DNA from: Eledone cirrhosa
Taxonomy: Eukaryota
DNA length: 64,000 nucleotides
Assembly: GCA_964016885.1 (NCBI GenBank)
Contig: OZ024756.1
Span: 20,150,001-20,214,000 of the forward strand
Reading direction: 5' to 3'
Part shown: positions 27,080 to 41,398 of the stretch, piece by piece
Numbering within the stretch: position 1 is the first letter of the stretch
How the letters are laid out: each line of letters begins with the position of its first letter
Position numbers and translations under genes: made by a program
Notes under the pieces: model-generated
Databases searched by the model: none
What the model was told of the DNA's origin: nothing
Seen by the model: the letters and a program-made list of their open reading frames with translations, nothing else

Positions 27080-27214
27080 ACCTTGTACTTAGAAGTTAGA
27101 AAATGAATACCTACACACACATGTACATTTTATTGGCCACCTTGCAAAATATCAGACATTTGGCTAGGGGTAGTGCTGGGGGTAAGTATGTATGTGTTGA
27201 GGTTCAATTGTTAA

Positions 27215-27430
27215 ACCCCCTTTTCAAGTAAATCCCTTTGTGCCTCCCCATGCATATCCCAGCGATTCTGCCACAGATTGAAGCACATCAGAAATGCTTT
27301 CAACTCCACCGTGGCAGTCCTCAAGGTGCCCTCTCGGCTCTCAAGGTGAGAACCTTTCAGTGATATCTTCATTTTAGAGAATAACCAGAAGTCATAAGAA
27401 GACCATATCAGGAGAGTGGGGAGTCTAGTG
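27215..27430 (-). mobile_element. Decayed mariner-type transposase C-terminal fragment
   Basis: YDFWLFSKMKISLKG...CFNLWQNRW resembles the mariner DFxLFxxLK..W..RW motifs. Confidence 0.6.
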
Positions 27431-27689
27431 AATAAGCAAAATGCCTTTCTTTGCCAAAGTGGAGGCATGTGGCCTAGTGGTAAGGGTGTTGGACTTACAA
27501 TCATAATGTTGTAGGTCCGATTCCTTGACTGGGTTATGTGTTGTGTTCTTGAGCAAAACACTTCATTTTGCATTGATCCAGTATACTTTGCTCAAAATGA
27601 ATACCAGCAATAGCTGGGGGTTTAATCCTGCGATGGACTGGCATCATGTCTACGAGATAGTCTTGTACTCTCAGTCACTTAACACCGTC

Positions 27690-28200
27690 TGACACTATTC
27701 GAAAACTAAAAAAACAACAAGGCGCCTGGAGAAGATGGTATTCCTGCTGAGATTTTTAAACACTCTACCGACATAATAGCCATAGCCCCGCCCCTTCACA
27801 AAATCATTGTCCATGTCTGGGAATCCGAAAGCCTCCCCCAAGACTGGAGCGACACTGTTCTGCTTCCGTTTTTCAAGAAAGGCGATAAACGCTGTTGCAG
27901 CAACTACCGCAGTATAAGCCTAATCGACATTGTTGCTAACATATTCACTACCATATTACTAAAGCGATTTCAAAATCAACGAGATTCACGCACAAGGCCA
28001 AATCAACGCAGTTTTCTTACTGGTCGAGGGTGTACAAATCAGATTTTCACGCTGTGTCGGGTGCTTGAGCATCGCTGGTCTTATCAGCAGAATACCCTCG
28101 TCTGCTTCATAGATTTTGCCGCTGCATTTGATTCAGTCGATCATGGAGCCCTTTGGAAGGTTATGCATGCAGATGGTATGCCACCGAAACTCCTTAACAC
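27690..28200 (+). mobile_element. RTE-clade LINE reverse transcriptase fragment
   Basis: KAPGEDGIPAE, KKGDK..CSNYRSISL, GRGCTNQIF, FIDFAAAFDSV motifs. Confidence 0.85.
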
Positions 28201-28851
28201 CACAGAAACCAGAAGCATCAGCCTCTTGACTCTGGACATAGTTTAGACTTTTTTCTTTGTCAAGAAACTTTGGATCAACTGTGATGAGTGAGCTGGGGCT
28301 TAACCCTTTAATGTTCAAACCGGCCAGAATTCTCTACCTCTTTCTGTTGAAACTGGCTGTAACTGGCTGTATTGTTCTCAAAATAAATACTTTCAAAATC
28401 TCATAGATTCGATATTATGTGAGATAATTATGTGAGATAAAGCCTTTACCATGAAAATATAATAGTAAATATTGAGTAATGTGAATGCTAAAGGGTTAAA
28501 ATGATGCAACTCCCAGTGTTGCAAACAAGTCCCTTAGATCAGGTCTCTTGTACTGAACTGCATCATGAGGACATCGGAGGACTCCCTGATAGTACTCCTT
28601 CGTAACTCTTTGGAAAATAAAGATAATATGGGGTTACACAACCCAGTCCAGGAATCAAACCCATGACATTATGATCGTAAATCCAACACCCTTACCACTA
28701 GGCCATGCATCTCCACCTTGGCAAAGAAAGGCATGCAATTATAATTTTGCTTGACCAAGGTTAACGTAGTACTAAACAACAACAACAACAACAACAACAT
28801 CAATGTCAACAAAATGAAACTCCCGTTGATAACAATAAAGCATTTGGTTAC

Positions 28852-29100
28852 CTGTTGTAAGTTTCCCTCGACGTCTTGAACGCGGTGTTTCAGGACTGAG
28901 GCAACTTTCTGCTCAATTGGTGCCAGGACTCTGTTGAACTGTACCACGGCAGCATCCCAAAGAGGTTTTGTGTACGGGTTGTAGAGGATGGGGTTGAGTC
29001 CAGTGAAGGGTCGGAACACCTGTGACATTTTCAGCTCTTGCTGCTCCTGGGAGCTGAGCAAATGAGTAAGTTGCTCGTGGATCGAACGCAAAGTCAGGAC
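28852..29100 (-). CDS. DYNC2H1: DYNC2H1 coding exon 5 (VLTLRSIHEQL...PFTGLNPILYNPYTKPLW...NLQQ)
   Basis: Homologous to PFTGLNPVQYNPYTEPLW. Acceptor cacAG, donor GTAAC, 249 nt, phase 0. Confidence 0.95.
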
Positions 29101-29699
29101 CTGTGAATATCATATAATTATATAATGTAGACAAACAAAGTAAAACCTACTACAGTCAGTAGGCATCTCTAACAAAATACACCCCCGTCCCACCACCCCC
29201 ACCCCATCCACACCGCCCCTTTCAATGTAAAGTTATGTTGGTGCCACAACATCCAGGCTGAAACAAATGAGATCGTGTAGGTATCATGACAAAAAAACAC
29301 ACAGTTCACGCTGTAATGTGGCTGTGTAGGCAACACGGTAAAAACCTCCCAGCCCCACACTGTAAATGTGGTTGGTGTTAGGAAGAGCATCCAGCTGTAG
29401 AAAACCCACCAGACAGTCCTATGCGAGCAAGATAATCACTCTTGCCTCAAGTGGGAAAACCCCCGTCCAAACCCATGCAAGCGTGGAACACGGACGTTAA
29501 ACGTTGATGATGATGATGATGATGTAGATATATCATCATCATTATCATCATCATCACCACCATCATCATCACCACCATTACCACCACCATCATCACCATC
29601 ATCACTGTTTAACGGCCAAGTTGTCCCGATGTGAGACAAGCCAGATCAGATGACGATGTCTTATTCACACAGAACTGTTTCTGGCTTGGTTTCTACAGC

Positions 29700-29733
<34 letters not shown>

Positions 29734-29773
29734 GCGTGCGTGTGCGTGTGTGCGTGTGCGTGTGTGCGCGCGC

Positions 29774-29806
<33 letters not shown>

Positions 29807-30157
29807 TGTGTGCGTGTGTGTGTGTGTCTGTGTGCGTGTGTGTGTGTGGCATGGACGAGTTTAGAGTGAAATTGTATATAAGAGAAATAAACTGTAATGT
29901 GCAGGAGAGAAGACTGCACTGGTATGGACATGTGATGCACATGGAAGATGACCGCTGGATGAAGAAATGCCAAGTAATCCCAGTGGAAGGAAGACACAGT
30001 AGAGGAGGACCACGAAAAACATGGGCAGGGGTTTGTTGAGAGCTGACCTCAGATTGCTGAAGCTCACACAGGAGATGATGAAGGACCGTGACAAATGATG
30101 GAGAGATGCTGTGCTGAAGAGGACCAGTCCCACCCTTGCAAGCAAGGAAAAGCGGAC

Positions 30158-32460
30158 TTAAAATGATGATGATGATGATGAATTTTGATGAGTATGTATC
30201 TGTGTGAGCTTATGTGTGTTAAAATGATGATGATGATGAATTTTGATGAGTATGTATCTGTGTGAGCTTATGTGTGTTAAAATGATGATGATGATGAATT
30301 TTGATGAGTATGTATCTGTGTGAGCTTATGTGTGTTAAAATGATGATGATGATGAATTTTGATGAGTATGTATCTGTGTGAGCTTATGTGTGTGCGTGTG
30401 AGCTTGTGTGTATATCTGTGTATGTATCTGTGAGTGAGTGCTTGTGTGTGTGTGTATGTATCTGTGAGTGAGTGCTTGTGTGTGAGCTTGTGTGTGTAGC
30501 TGTGTGTGTGATAGGAATTGTGTAGTATATGTGAGTGAGTGTGTGTGTTGGCGCAGTATATGTAAGTGCATGTGTTAGTATGTATGTGTGATAGGAATTG
30601 TGTAGTATATGTGAGTGTGTGTGTATGTGTGTGATAGAATGTTATTAGGTGAGCTAACAGAGGGGGAACAGTGTGAGAGAGAGTGTGTGTGTGTGTGTGT
30701 GAGAGAGTGAGAGAGTGTGTGTGAGAGGGAGAGTGTGTGAGAGAGTGTGTGAGAGAGTGTCTGAGAGAGAGTGTGTGAGAGAGTGAGTGAGAGACAGTGA
30801 GTGAGAGAGGGTGAGACAGAGTGAGTGAGAATGAGAGAGTGTGTGAGAGAGTGTGTGAGAGAGAGTGAGAGAGAGCGAGAGAGTATGAGAGAGAGTGCGA
30901 GAGAGAGAGAGAGTATGAGAGAGTGTGTGAGAGAGTGTGTGAGAGAGAGTGAGAGAGTGTGAGAGAGTGTGTGTGAGAGTGTGAGAGAGAGTGTGAGAGA
31001 GTGTGTGTGAGAGAGTGTGTGTGAGAGAGTGTGAGAGAGTGTGTGAGAGAGTGTGTGAGAGAGAGTGTGAGAGAGAGTGCGAAAGAGAGAGAGTATGAGA
31101 GAGTGTGAGAGAGTGTGAGAGAGAGAGTGTGAGAGAGAGAGTGTGAGAGAGTGTGAGAGAGAGTGTGAGAGAGAGTGTGAGAGAGTGTGTGAGAGAGTGT
31201 GTGTGAGAGAGTGTGAGAGAGTGTGTGAGAGAGTGTGTGAGAGAGAGTGTGAGAGAGAGTGTGAGAGAGAGTGTGAGAGAGAGTGTGAGAGAGAGAGTGA
31301 GAGAGAGAGTGAGAGAGTGTGTGAGAGAGTGTGTGAGAGAGAGTGTGTGAGAGAGTGTGTGAGAGAGAGTGTGAGAGAGAGTGTGAGAGAGTGTGAGAGA
31401 GAGAGTGTGAGAGAGAGAGTGTGAGAGAGTGTGTGAGAGAGTGTGTGAGAGAGTGTGTGAGAGAGAGTGTGAGAGAGAGTGTGAGAGAGAGAGTGAGAGA
31501 GTGTGAGAGAGAGTGTGAGAGAGTGTGTGAGAGTGTGAGAGAGAGGATTATGTAAGGAGATAGTGTAAATGAAGGAATTATAGAAGACATACATGTGTCT
31601 GTGTGAATGTATGTATGCATGTATATGTATGTGTGTATACATGTATATGCATGCATGTGTATGTGTGTATACATGCATGTTTGTGTGTATGTATGTACGT
31701 GCATGCATGTTTGTGTATGTATGTATATATGCATGCATGTTTATGTGTGTGTGTGTGTATGCATGTATATGCATGCATGTTTGTGCATGTGTGAGTATGC
31801 ATCTATATGCATGCATATTTGTGTGTATGCATATATATGCATGTGTATGTGCATGTGTAAACAGGCATGTGTATGTATATGCTTGCATGTGTGTTTAGGC
31901 AGGTATGTGTCTGTGCATACATATGTGTATGTATGCATGCATGCATGTGTGTGTGTAGGTATGTACATATGTATGCATGTATGTGCATCTGTATGTATAG
32001 GTAGACGTGTGTACGTATGCATGCATATGTGTGTGTAGGCAGGCATGTATATGCATATATGCATATGCAAACGTCTCTGCATGTAGGTATGAATGTGTGT
32101 ATGCAAGCAGGCATACATGTGTGTACATGTGCATATGCATGTGTGTGCAGGAATGCAGTTGCATGTACATGTGCATATAGGTAGGCATGCATCTGCATGC
32201 ATGCATGTGTGTATGCAGGCACATGTGCTTATGTGTGCATGTATGCATGCATATATGTATATGCATATGTGTGTGTATGCAGGCATATATGTATATGCAT
32301 ATGTGTGTGTATGCAGGCATATAGGTATATGCATGTGTGTGTGTATGCAGGCATATATGTATATGTATACATATGCATGCACGTGTGTGTGAATGTATGC
32401 ATATACAGGTGTGTATGCATGCATACACAGTTGTGTGTGCATGTAGGCTGGCTGTATGTG
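30158..32460 (+). repeat. About 4 x 57-bp repeat followed by (GAGAGTGT)n and (ATGC/GT)n microsatellite fields
   Basis: Direct inspection. Source of the 437-485 aa spurious ORFs. Confidence 0.85.
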
Positions 32461-32599
32461 TCTAAGCAGCACATTCTAATGTGCTAAAAGATTACGTGCG
32501 TATAAATGCATAGATAACTTTAATTTCCCATGTGTTGAAAATCAAATAAGTATATTTGGATAGCTAAATATTGAATTCTGCATCAGAATAATGACATCA

Positions 32600-33655
32600 T
32601 ATCTAGAGAGAAATTTATCTCTCTTATCTGTTTAATACTAGAGAGAAGAAAGACATACAAGTACCAGACTATAAGGTATGGAGGAGGTCAAAAGATAAAC
32701 ACATCTCATCAGCTTAATATTACAGGAACTAAAGACATACAAGCACAAGAATATAATGTATGTTAGAGGTCATCAAAAGATCAGTTCATCTTATCTGTTT
32801 AATACTTAGGAACTAAAGACAAACAAGCACCAGATCAAGGTATGTTGGAGCTCAAAAGATCAGTTCAACATATCTGTTTAATATTCAGGAACTAAAAACA
32901 TACAAGCACCAGAATAAGGTAAGTTGGAGGTCAACAAAAAATCAGTTCATCGTATTAAACCCAGGAACTAAAAGCAAACAAGCACCCGACTAAGGTATGT
33001 TGGAGCTCAAAAGATCAGTTCATCTCATCTGTTTAGTACTCAGGAACTAAAGACATATAAGCACCAGACTAAGGTATGTTGGAGCCCACAAGATCAGTTC
33101 AATGTATCTGTTTAATACCCAGGGACTGAAGACAAACCAGCACTAGACTAAGGTAAGTTGGAGGTCAACAAAAGGTCAGTTCATCTTATGTTTAATACTA
33201 CAGGTACTAAAGACATACAAACACAACACTAAGGTAAGTTAGAAGTCAACAAAAGATCAGTTCATCTCATCTGTTTAATACCCAGGAATTAAATACATAC
33301 AAGCACCAGACTAAGGTATGTTGGAGCTCACAAGATCAGTTCAACATATCTATTTCATACACAGGGACTAAAGACAAACAACCACTAGACTAAGGTAAGT
33401 TGGAGGTCAACAAAATGTCAGTCCATCTTATCTGTTTAATACTCAGGGACTGAAGACATACAAGCACTAGACTAAGGGAAGTTAGAGGTCAACAAAAGGT
33501 CAGTTTATCTCATCTGTTTAATACTACAGGTACTAAAGACAAACAAGCACCACACTAAGGTAAGTTAGAAGTCAACAAAAGATCAGTTCATCTCATCTGT
33601 TTAATACCCAGGGACTAAAGACATACAAATACCAGACTAAAGGAAGTTAGAAATA
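32600..33655 (+). repeat. Diverged minisatellite of about 80 bp, about 13 copies, with extra copies at about 34365-34520
   Basis: Recurrent gatcagttcatc..tctgtttaatac..ggaactaaagacatacaagcaccagactaaggta. Confidence 0.8.
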
Positions 33656-35296
33656 TCAATTCAAAAATATAGCAAGAGGCTGGGTGTTATGAGTTTTTTT
33701 TAAATTTATTTCTTTATTTTCACCTTATGTTTTATAATGGCTGGATTTCAATACATCAAAACATAATTTATTTACACCTTTTTAAACTCCTTTACTCCCA
33801 ACTATGCACTAGGGTGGGGATAACTGAGAAAGACCTAGACTGAGATTCAAAGATGCTGCAAAAAGGAATCATCATCATCGTTTAACGACCATCTTCCATG
33901 CTAGCATGGGTTAGACAGTTTTATTCCATTTGATGCGTGAATGGTCGGGAGACTGTGTCTCACTCGTATGGAAGTGTATCTGGCAGGTTTTGTTTTACAG
34001 CTGGATGCCCTTCCTAATGCCAACCACATTTACAGCATGGACGTTGTTGGTGTTAGGAAGGGCATCCAGCTGTAAAAAAAAAAAAACCTGCCAATATGAA
34101 TTGGAATGGAATTGATTATAACAAATGGCCAACTCTAGCAAAAAAATAAAACGACCAGAATGGAGAAAGATTATCAAGTTATGCTAAAGCGAAGAACAGT
34201 CATAGTTACGTTGGCTGACTGCTTTATGATGATGATGATATATTCTGAATCTATATTTTACAGCCAGATACCCTACCCAATACCAACACTTTTAGCCCCC
34301 TTTTACGACATGTAGTGATGTAGTGAACCTATTCTAAACATTTCACCATTATTTATATGTAAGAACAAGCACCAGACTATAAGGTATGCTGGATATCAAC
34401 AAAAGATGAGTTCATCTTATCTGCTTAATACTAGAGGAACTAAAGACAAGCAAAAAGTTGGTTAAGGTATGTTGGAGCTCAAAAGATCAGTTCATCTTAT
34501 CTGTTTAATACTCGGGAACTATCTGTTTATATCTGCTAAAGTATGAGGAAATACCCTACCCAATACCAACACTTTTAGCCCCTTTTTATGACATGTAGCA
34601 ATGTAGTGAACCTATTCTAAACATTTCACCATTATTTATATGTAAGAACCTTTGTTAAGTTATGTTCCAAACACCAGCTTCATCATTTTTACGTTTGTTG
34701 TACTGTTCATGTTTTGGCAGGTTTTTTTTTCTGGCTGTATGTCCTTCCCATCACCAACCACCTTATACTGTGGACTGGGTGCATTATTCATGCCATCAAC
34801 ACTAGAGAGGTTGTCTTACTGAACTCAACAGTCCTCTCCGCTCTGTGTTAGTTTTTATTTGGAGTGTCTACTCTCCTAGATGTGTTGCCTTCACTATGGC
34901 TTATGGAATCCATGTCTAGCAGGCTAAATGATGAGAAAGTTAATTATCTCTCCAAATTCTTGATTATTTTTGAAAATATTTGGAAATTATAAGCAGTGTT
35001 TTTAGAAATATAAAAGAGTTAAATTGTTTTATTCAGTTCTCTCTCTGTGTCCTGTTTCTCCCACTCTTTTTCTCTCTTTTTTTTTTGTCTGCATGTCTGC
35101 ATCTCTCTTTATCTCACCCTGTCTGTTTTTCTATATATCTCTATCCCACACTTTCTGTCTATTTCATACTGTCTATCTGTCCCCCTTTCTATCTACCTAT
35201 CTCACACTCTCTATATATATTACTCTAACTGTGTCTCACCCTGCCCCCCTCAACTCACCTTATCTATTTATCTATCAATCTAACTATATCTCACCC

Positions 35297-35388
<92 letters not shown>

Positions 35389-35821
35389 ATCTCACACTGC
35401 CTCTCTCTCTCTCTCCCTACCTATCTATCTATCTCTATTATGACATATATATTCTATATCTCAATTGATTAACTATAGCAACCACTCTTTACACCCCCTC
35501 TCTTTCTTCATCTATATCTCACACACACTCTCTCTCTCTCTCTGGATATATATATATATCATGATATCTGTCTCTATCTGTGTCTCTCTTATTCCCTATC
35601 AATCTATCTATCTATCTATCTATCTATCATTCTATATATATATATCATGCTATCTTTATATCTCATCCTATCTCTCTCTATCTATCTATCTCTCCCTATC
35701 TATCTATCTATCTATATATATATATATATCATGCTATCTTTATATCTCTCCCTATCTATCTATCTATCTATATATATATATATATCATGCTATCTTTATA
35801 TCTCTCCCTCTCTCTCATTCC

Positions 35822-35872
<51 letters not shown>

Positions 35873-35874
35873 CC

Positions 35875-36075
35875 TCTTCGGGGGGGGGGGGGGGGCGACC
35901 CCCCAAGGCGCCTCCTCTCTATTGAGGATTTTGTTATAAATTTTATTTTTTGTTATATTTTATTTTATTTTTATATATTGTTATTGCCTCCTCCTTATTG
36001 AGGACGCCTTTTTGTGTAAACTCCCCCCTTTGTACTTGTCCCACTTTTGATGCCCTGGTGGCAAATAAAAGAAAC
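35875..36075 (+). mobile_element. 5'-truncated Tx1-like 3'UTR inserted in (TATC)n
   Basis: Homologous to the 3' ends at about 8850 and 10860. TATC repeats on both sides. Confidence 0.75.
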
Positions 36076-36524
36076 ATATCTATCTACCTCTCCTATGATA
36101 TATTTATTCTATATATCTCAATTGATTAACGATATAGCAACCGCACTTTACAGGTATCCAACACACTGTTTTCATATTTGTTGTTTTTCTCCTCACTGTC
36201 ATACATTAACAAAAGATATTTGTATATTTTCAGGTTTCCCTTGTTGTGGATCTCGTGTTCTTCTTTAATCATTGTTCAATGCCCAACATTTGTAGAACTA
36301 TTAACTCTGAGATGCCACCTGCATCATTGACCCTTTAAATTCCATATATCTAATTAAATAAAATGTATGTTAGCTAATTAATTAGTTAATTAATTAATTA
36401 ATTAATAAATAATTAATTATTAAAGTTGAATGGAATTAATTAAGTTGAATGGAATTATTAAAAATATTAATTATCTCTGGGTTTTATATTGAATAATAAT
36501 AATTATGGTCATGCACATGTCAGG

Positions 36525-37925
36525 ACAAAATACACCCCAGTCCATGCAGTAAAGTGGTCGTGTAGGTGTCACGATAAAAAGCACCCAGTCTACACTGTAA
36601 AGTGGTTGTGTAGGTATCATGATAAAAAGCACCCAGTCCACGTTGTAAAGTGGTTGTGTAGGTGTCATGATAAAAAGCACCCAGTCCACGTTGTAAAGTG
36701 GTTGTGTAGGTGTCATGATAAAAAGCACCCAGTCCACGTTGTAAAGTGGTTGTGTAGGTGTCATGATAAAAAGCACCCAGTCCACGTTGTAAAGTGGTTG
36801 TGTAGGTGTCACGATAAAAAACACCCAGTCTACACTGTAAAGAGGTCGTGTAGGTGTCACGATAAAAAGCACCCAGTCCACGTTGTAAAGTGGTCGTGTA
36901 GGTGTCACGATAAAAAACACCCAGTCTACACTGTAAAGAGGTCGTGTAGGTGTCACGATAAAAAGCACCCAGTCCACGTTGTAAAGTGGTCGTGTAGGTG
37001 TCACGATAAAAAACACCCAGTCTACACTGTAAAGTGGTCGTGTAGGTGTCACGATAAAAAGCACCCAGTCCACGTTGTAAAGTGGTCGTGTAGGTGTCAT
37101 GATAAAAAGCACCCAGTCTACACTGTAAAAAGGTTGTGTAGGTGTCACGATAAAAAGCACCCAGTCCACGTTGTAAAGTGGTTGTGTAGGTGTCATGATA
37201 AAAAACACCCAGTCTACAATGTAAAAAGGTTGTGTAGGTGTCACGATAAAAAGCACCCAGTCCACGTTGTAAAGTGGTCGTGTAGGTGTCACGATAAAAA
37301 ACACCCAGTCTACACTGTAAAGAGGTCGTGTAGGTGTCACGATAAAAAGCACCCAGTCCACGTTGTAAAGTGGTCGTGTAGGTGTCACGATAAAAAACAC
37401 CCACTCTACACTGTAAAGTGGTCATTTAGGTGTCACGATAAAAAAGCAATCAGTCCACGTTGTAAAGTGGTTGTGTAGGTGTCATGATAAAAAGCACCCA
37501 GTCTACACTGTAAAAAGGTTGTGTAGGTGTCACGATAAAAAGCACCCAGTCCATGTTGTAAAGAGGTCGTGTAGGTGTCACGATAAAAAGCACCCAGTCC
37601 ACGTTGTAAAGTGGTCGTGTAGGTGTCACGATAAAAAACACCCAGTCTACACTGTAAAGAGGTTGTGTAGGTGTCACGATAAAAAGCACCCAGTCCATGT
37701 TGTAAAGTGGTCGTGTAGGTGTCACGATAAAAAACACCCAGTCTACACTGTAAAGAGGTCGTGTAGGTGTCACGATAAAAAGCACCCAGTCCACGTTGTA
37801 AAGTGGTCGTGTAGGTGTCACGATAAAAAACACCCAGTCTACACTGTAAAGTGGTCATTTAGGTGTCACGATAAAAAAGCAGTCAGTCCACGTTGTAAAT
37901 GTGGTTGGTGTTAGGAAGGGCAACC
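36525..37925 (+). repeat. 45-bp tandem array of about 30 copies derived from an internal SINE segment
   Basis: Unit aaaaagcacccagtccacgttgtaaagtggtcgtgtaggtgtcacgat. Array ends in SINE sequence gtggttggtgttaggaagggc. Confidence 0.9.
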
Positions 37926-38319
37926 AGTCATAGAACCAAACCAAAGGAGTGAGAAAGGGATATAGAGGAAGAATTTACCCCAGTACTAGACAGGTACTTT
38001 ATTTATTGACTTCGAAGAAGATAAAAGGCAAGGCTGACTTCAGCGAGATTTGAACTCAGAGACGTTAACCCTTTAATGTTCAAACCGGCCAAAACCGGCC
38101 AGAATTCTCTACCTCTTTTTGTTGAAACTGGCTGTAACTGGTCACTCAAACTGATCTTAAGGTATTGTTCTCAAAATAAATACTTTCAAAATCTCATAGA
38201 TTCGATATTATGTGAAATAAAGCATTTACCATGAAAATATAATAGTATATATAGAGTAATGTGAATGCTAAAGGGTTAACACAGAGCTGGGACAAATACT
38301 ACAAAGCTTCTCTTTGACA

Positions 38320-38845
38320 TTCTAACAACTCAGCCAATTCTTTGCCTCCAGCAATAATACGCATGAATGGTCCCGTAATTCCTGAGTCTAGGGCACTTTT
38401 AAACCCGGCAGAGCCCATCTCCTCTCCAGGTCTAACAGTCTAACAACTCAGCCAATTTTCCCCTTCCAGCAATAATATACATGTATGCAAGGTCCCGTAA
38501 TTCCTGAGTCTAGGACACTTTTAAACCCGGCAGAGCCCATCTCCTCTCCAGGTCTAACAGTCTAACAACTCAGCCAATTTTCCCCTTCCAGCAATAATAT
38601 ACATGTATGCAAGGTCCCGTAATTCCTGAGTCTAGGACACTTTTAAACCCGGCAGAGCCCATCTCCTCTCCAGGTCTAACAGTCTAACAACTCAGCCAAT
38701 TTTCCCCTTCCAGCAATAATATACATGTATGCAAGGTCCCGTAATTCCTGAGTCTAGGACACTTTTAAACCCTGTGGAGCCCATCTCCTCTCCAGGTCTA
38801 ACAGTCTAACAACTCTGCTAATTTGCCACCTCCAGCAATAATATA
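38320..38845 (+). repeat. 122-bp tandem repeat, about 4 copies
   Basis: Period 38441, 38563, 38685. Confidence 0.85.
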
Positions 38846-39269
38846 TACAGTGAGAAAAAAAAAAAAAGAAATTCTATCGGCTGATGGCTCATATAATTCT
38901 TATCATTTCATCAACAAGTATAACTAATGTATGTTTTATCTTACAACCACACATTTTATTCTACTTCAGTATTTTATTACTCCTTCATTAAATATGCAGA
39001 CACTAGCATACTTCTTGTTATCATATGTATGGCATCTCAGAATTATTTAACTTCTAAATAACTCTGTCTTGCTATGTCAACAAATATACATTTCCAGATA
39101 TTTATGTTAGTGATTCATTAACCTGTTGACTGCTGAGTATATTTAACACAGCTTCAGTTGCTGTGCCGGGTATTATTTTTTAGTAAAATGACTAATTTTT
39201 TAAACAAACATCTATTAACAACACATATCTAAATGATTGACAAATGTCAATAAACTAGTAACCCCATCT

Positions 39270-39700
39270 AACTTTGAAGTTATGAACTGTTGGAAATGAG
39301 TTCATAACTTTGAAGCTATGAACTGTTGGAAACGAGTTCATAACTTTGAAGCTATGAACTGTTGGAAACGAGTTCATAACTTCGAAGTTATGAACTGTTG
39401 GAAACGAGTTCATAACTTTGAAGCTATGAACTGTTGGAAACGAGTTCATAACTTTGAAGCTATGAACTGTTGGAAAAGAGTTCATAACTTTGAAGCTATG
39501 AACTGTTGGAAACGAGTTCATAACTTTGAAGTTATGAACTGTTGGAAACGAGTTCATAACTTTGAAGCTATGAACTGTTGGAAACGAGTTCATAACTTTG
39601 AAGCTATGAACTGTTGGAAACGAGTTCATAACTTTGAAGCTATGAACTGTTGGAAACGAGTTCATAACTTTGAAGTTATGAACTGTTGGAAAAGAGTTCA
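39270..39700. repeat. 36-bp hairpin-unit tandem array of about 12 copies inside a family-2 MITE
   Basis: Unit tttgaa-gttatgaact-gttggaaacg-agttcataac with an internal 10-bp inverted repeat. Confidence 0.88.
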
Positions 39701-40774
39701 AACATGTTAAGATGAATTATCTCATCCATGGCACTGGAATACAAACATGTTAGGACGAGTTATCTCGTCTACAGCACTGAAGAGGTTAACTCTTATGTAT
39801 GTAAATGTGAACCCATGACTCCTGAAGGAGACATAGGGGTGTTGTTGTGACATTTGGCAGGTCTTGGGGATTTTAAACCTGGTGGAGCCTCATTCTCACT
39901 TTAGGTCTGAACATAGCTGATTTCTTCTAGAGAGAGAACAGGAGAGGGAGAGAGAGGGTGAGGGTGGGGGAAAGGAAGAGGGAGGGAGTGGGAAAGAGAG
40001 AAAGAGGGAGAAAGAGAGAGAGAGAGGGAGCAGGGAAAGAGAGAGAGGTGGAAGTGGGAAAGAGATATAGAGAAAGAATTGAACCCAGTATTAGGCTAGT
40101 ACTTTTTTATCGACTGCAAAAGGCTGAAAGGCAAAGTTGACCTCAGTGGGATTTGAACTGAGAGAGCAAAGAGCTGGAACTAATATCACAAAGCATTCTA
40201 TCCCACACTAATGACTCCATTAAATCTTAACATCCTGCAATGATTTAGCAGGAAATATCTAAAATCAGGTTTGTTAATACCTTTATTAGTGGACAGATCA
40301 TTAAAAAAATATTATACATGACAAAAAAGAACATTACAAGAAATCTCATATGTTATAAAATAAATAGGATGTGTTTGGGTTTCAATATGTAAACTAAACG
40401 TCTAATTCTGGTTTCTAAAAAAGTCAAAGGAGACAGCCTAGAAAAATTACCGATTTTCCAACCCCCATTTATTATATGGGTCCCAAGAGAAGCTGTAAAA
40501 CCATACTTACACTATGTCAAGAATGGAATATATGAGCAAGACATGGTTCTTCAATCTGTCTAATTTTTTACTGTGATGACCTGCCTAACTCATGACAACA
40601 TGCAAATCATCATCATCATTGTTTAATCCTTTAACATTTACATTACACTATATACACTACGGTATTTTCATGGTAAAGACTTTATCTCACATAATATCGA
40701 ATCTATGAGATGTTGATATTATTTATTTCGAGAACAATATCTTAACATCAGTATGTGTGGCCAGTTACTTGCCA

Positions 40775-41398
40775 AGTTCTATGTTGAGTGTGAAAGATAG
40801 TTATATAGACTTATGACCAGGTTCTATGTTCAGTGTGAAAGATAGTTATATAGACTTATGACCAGGTTCTATGTTCAGTATGAAAGATAGTTATATAGAC
40901 TTATGACCAGGTTCTATGTTCAGTGTGAAAGATAGTTATATAGACTTATGACCAGGTTCTATGTTCAGTGTGAAAGATAGTTATATAGACTTATGACCAG
41001 GTTCTATGTTCAGTATGAAAGATAGTTATATAGACTTATGACCAGGTTCTATGTTCAGTGAGAAAGATAGTTATATAGACTTATGACCAGGTTCTATGTT
41101 CAGTGTGAAAGATAGTTATATAGACTTATGACCAGGTTCTATGTTCAGTGTGAAAGATAGTTATATAGACTTATGACCAGGCTCTATGTTCAGTGTGAAA
41201 GATAGTTATATAGACTTATGACCAGGCTCTATGTTCAGTGTGAAAGATAGTTATATAGACTTATGACCAGGTTCTATGTTGAGTGTGAAAGATAGTTATA
41301 TAGACTTATGACCAGGCTCTATGTTCAGTATGAAAGATAGTTATATAGACTTATGACCAGGCTCTATGTTCAGTGTGAAAGATAGTTATATAGACTTA
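40775..41398 (+). repeat. 45-bp minisatellite, about 14 copies
   Basis: Unit accaggttctatgttcagtgtgaaagatagttatatagacttatg. Confidence 0.9.

Noticed and set aside
30277-32487. Long H/T/L/S-rich ORFs up to 485 aa
   Set aside because: Microsatellite translations.
36471-37914. Cys/His-rich 329-aa repeat ORF resembling a metal-binding protein
   Set aside because: A 45-bp SINE-derived tandem array that is open on both strands.
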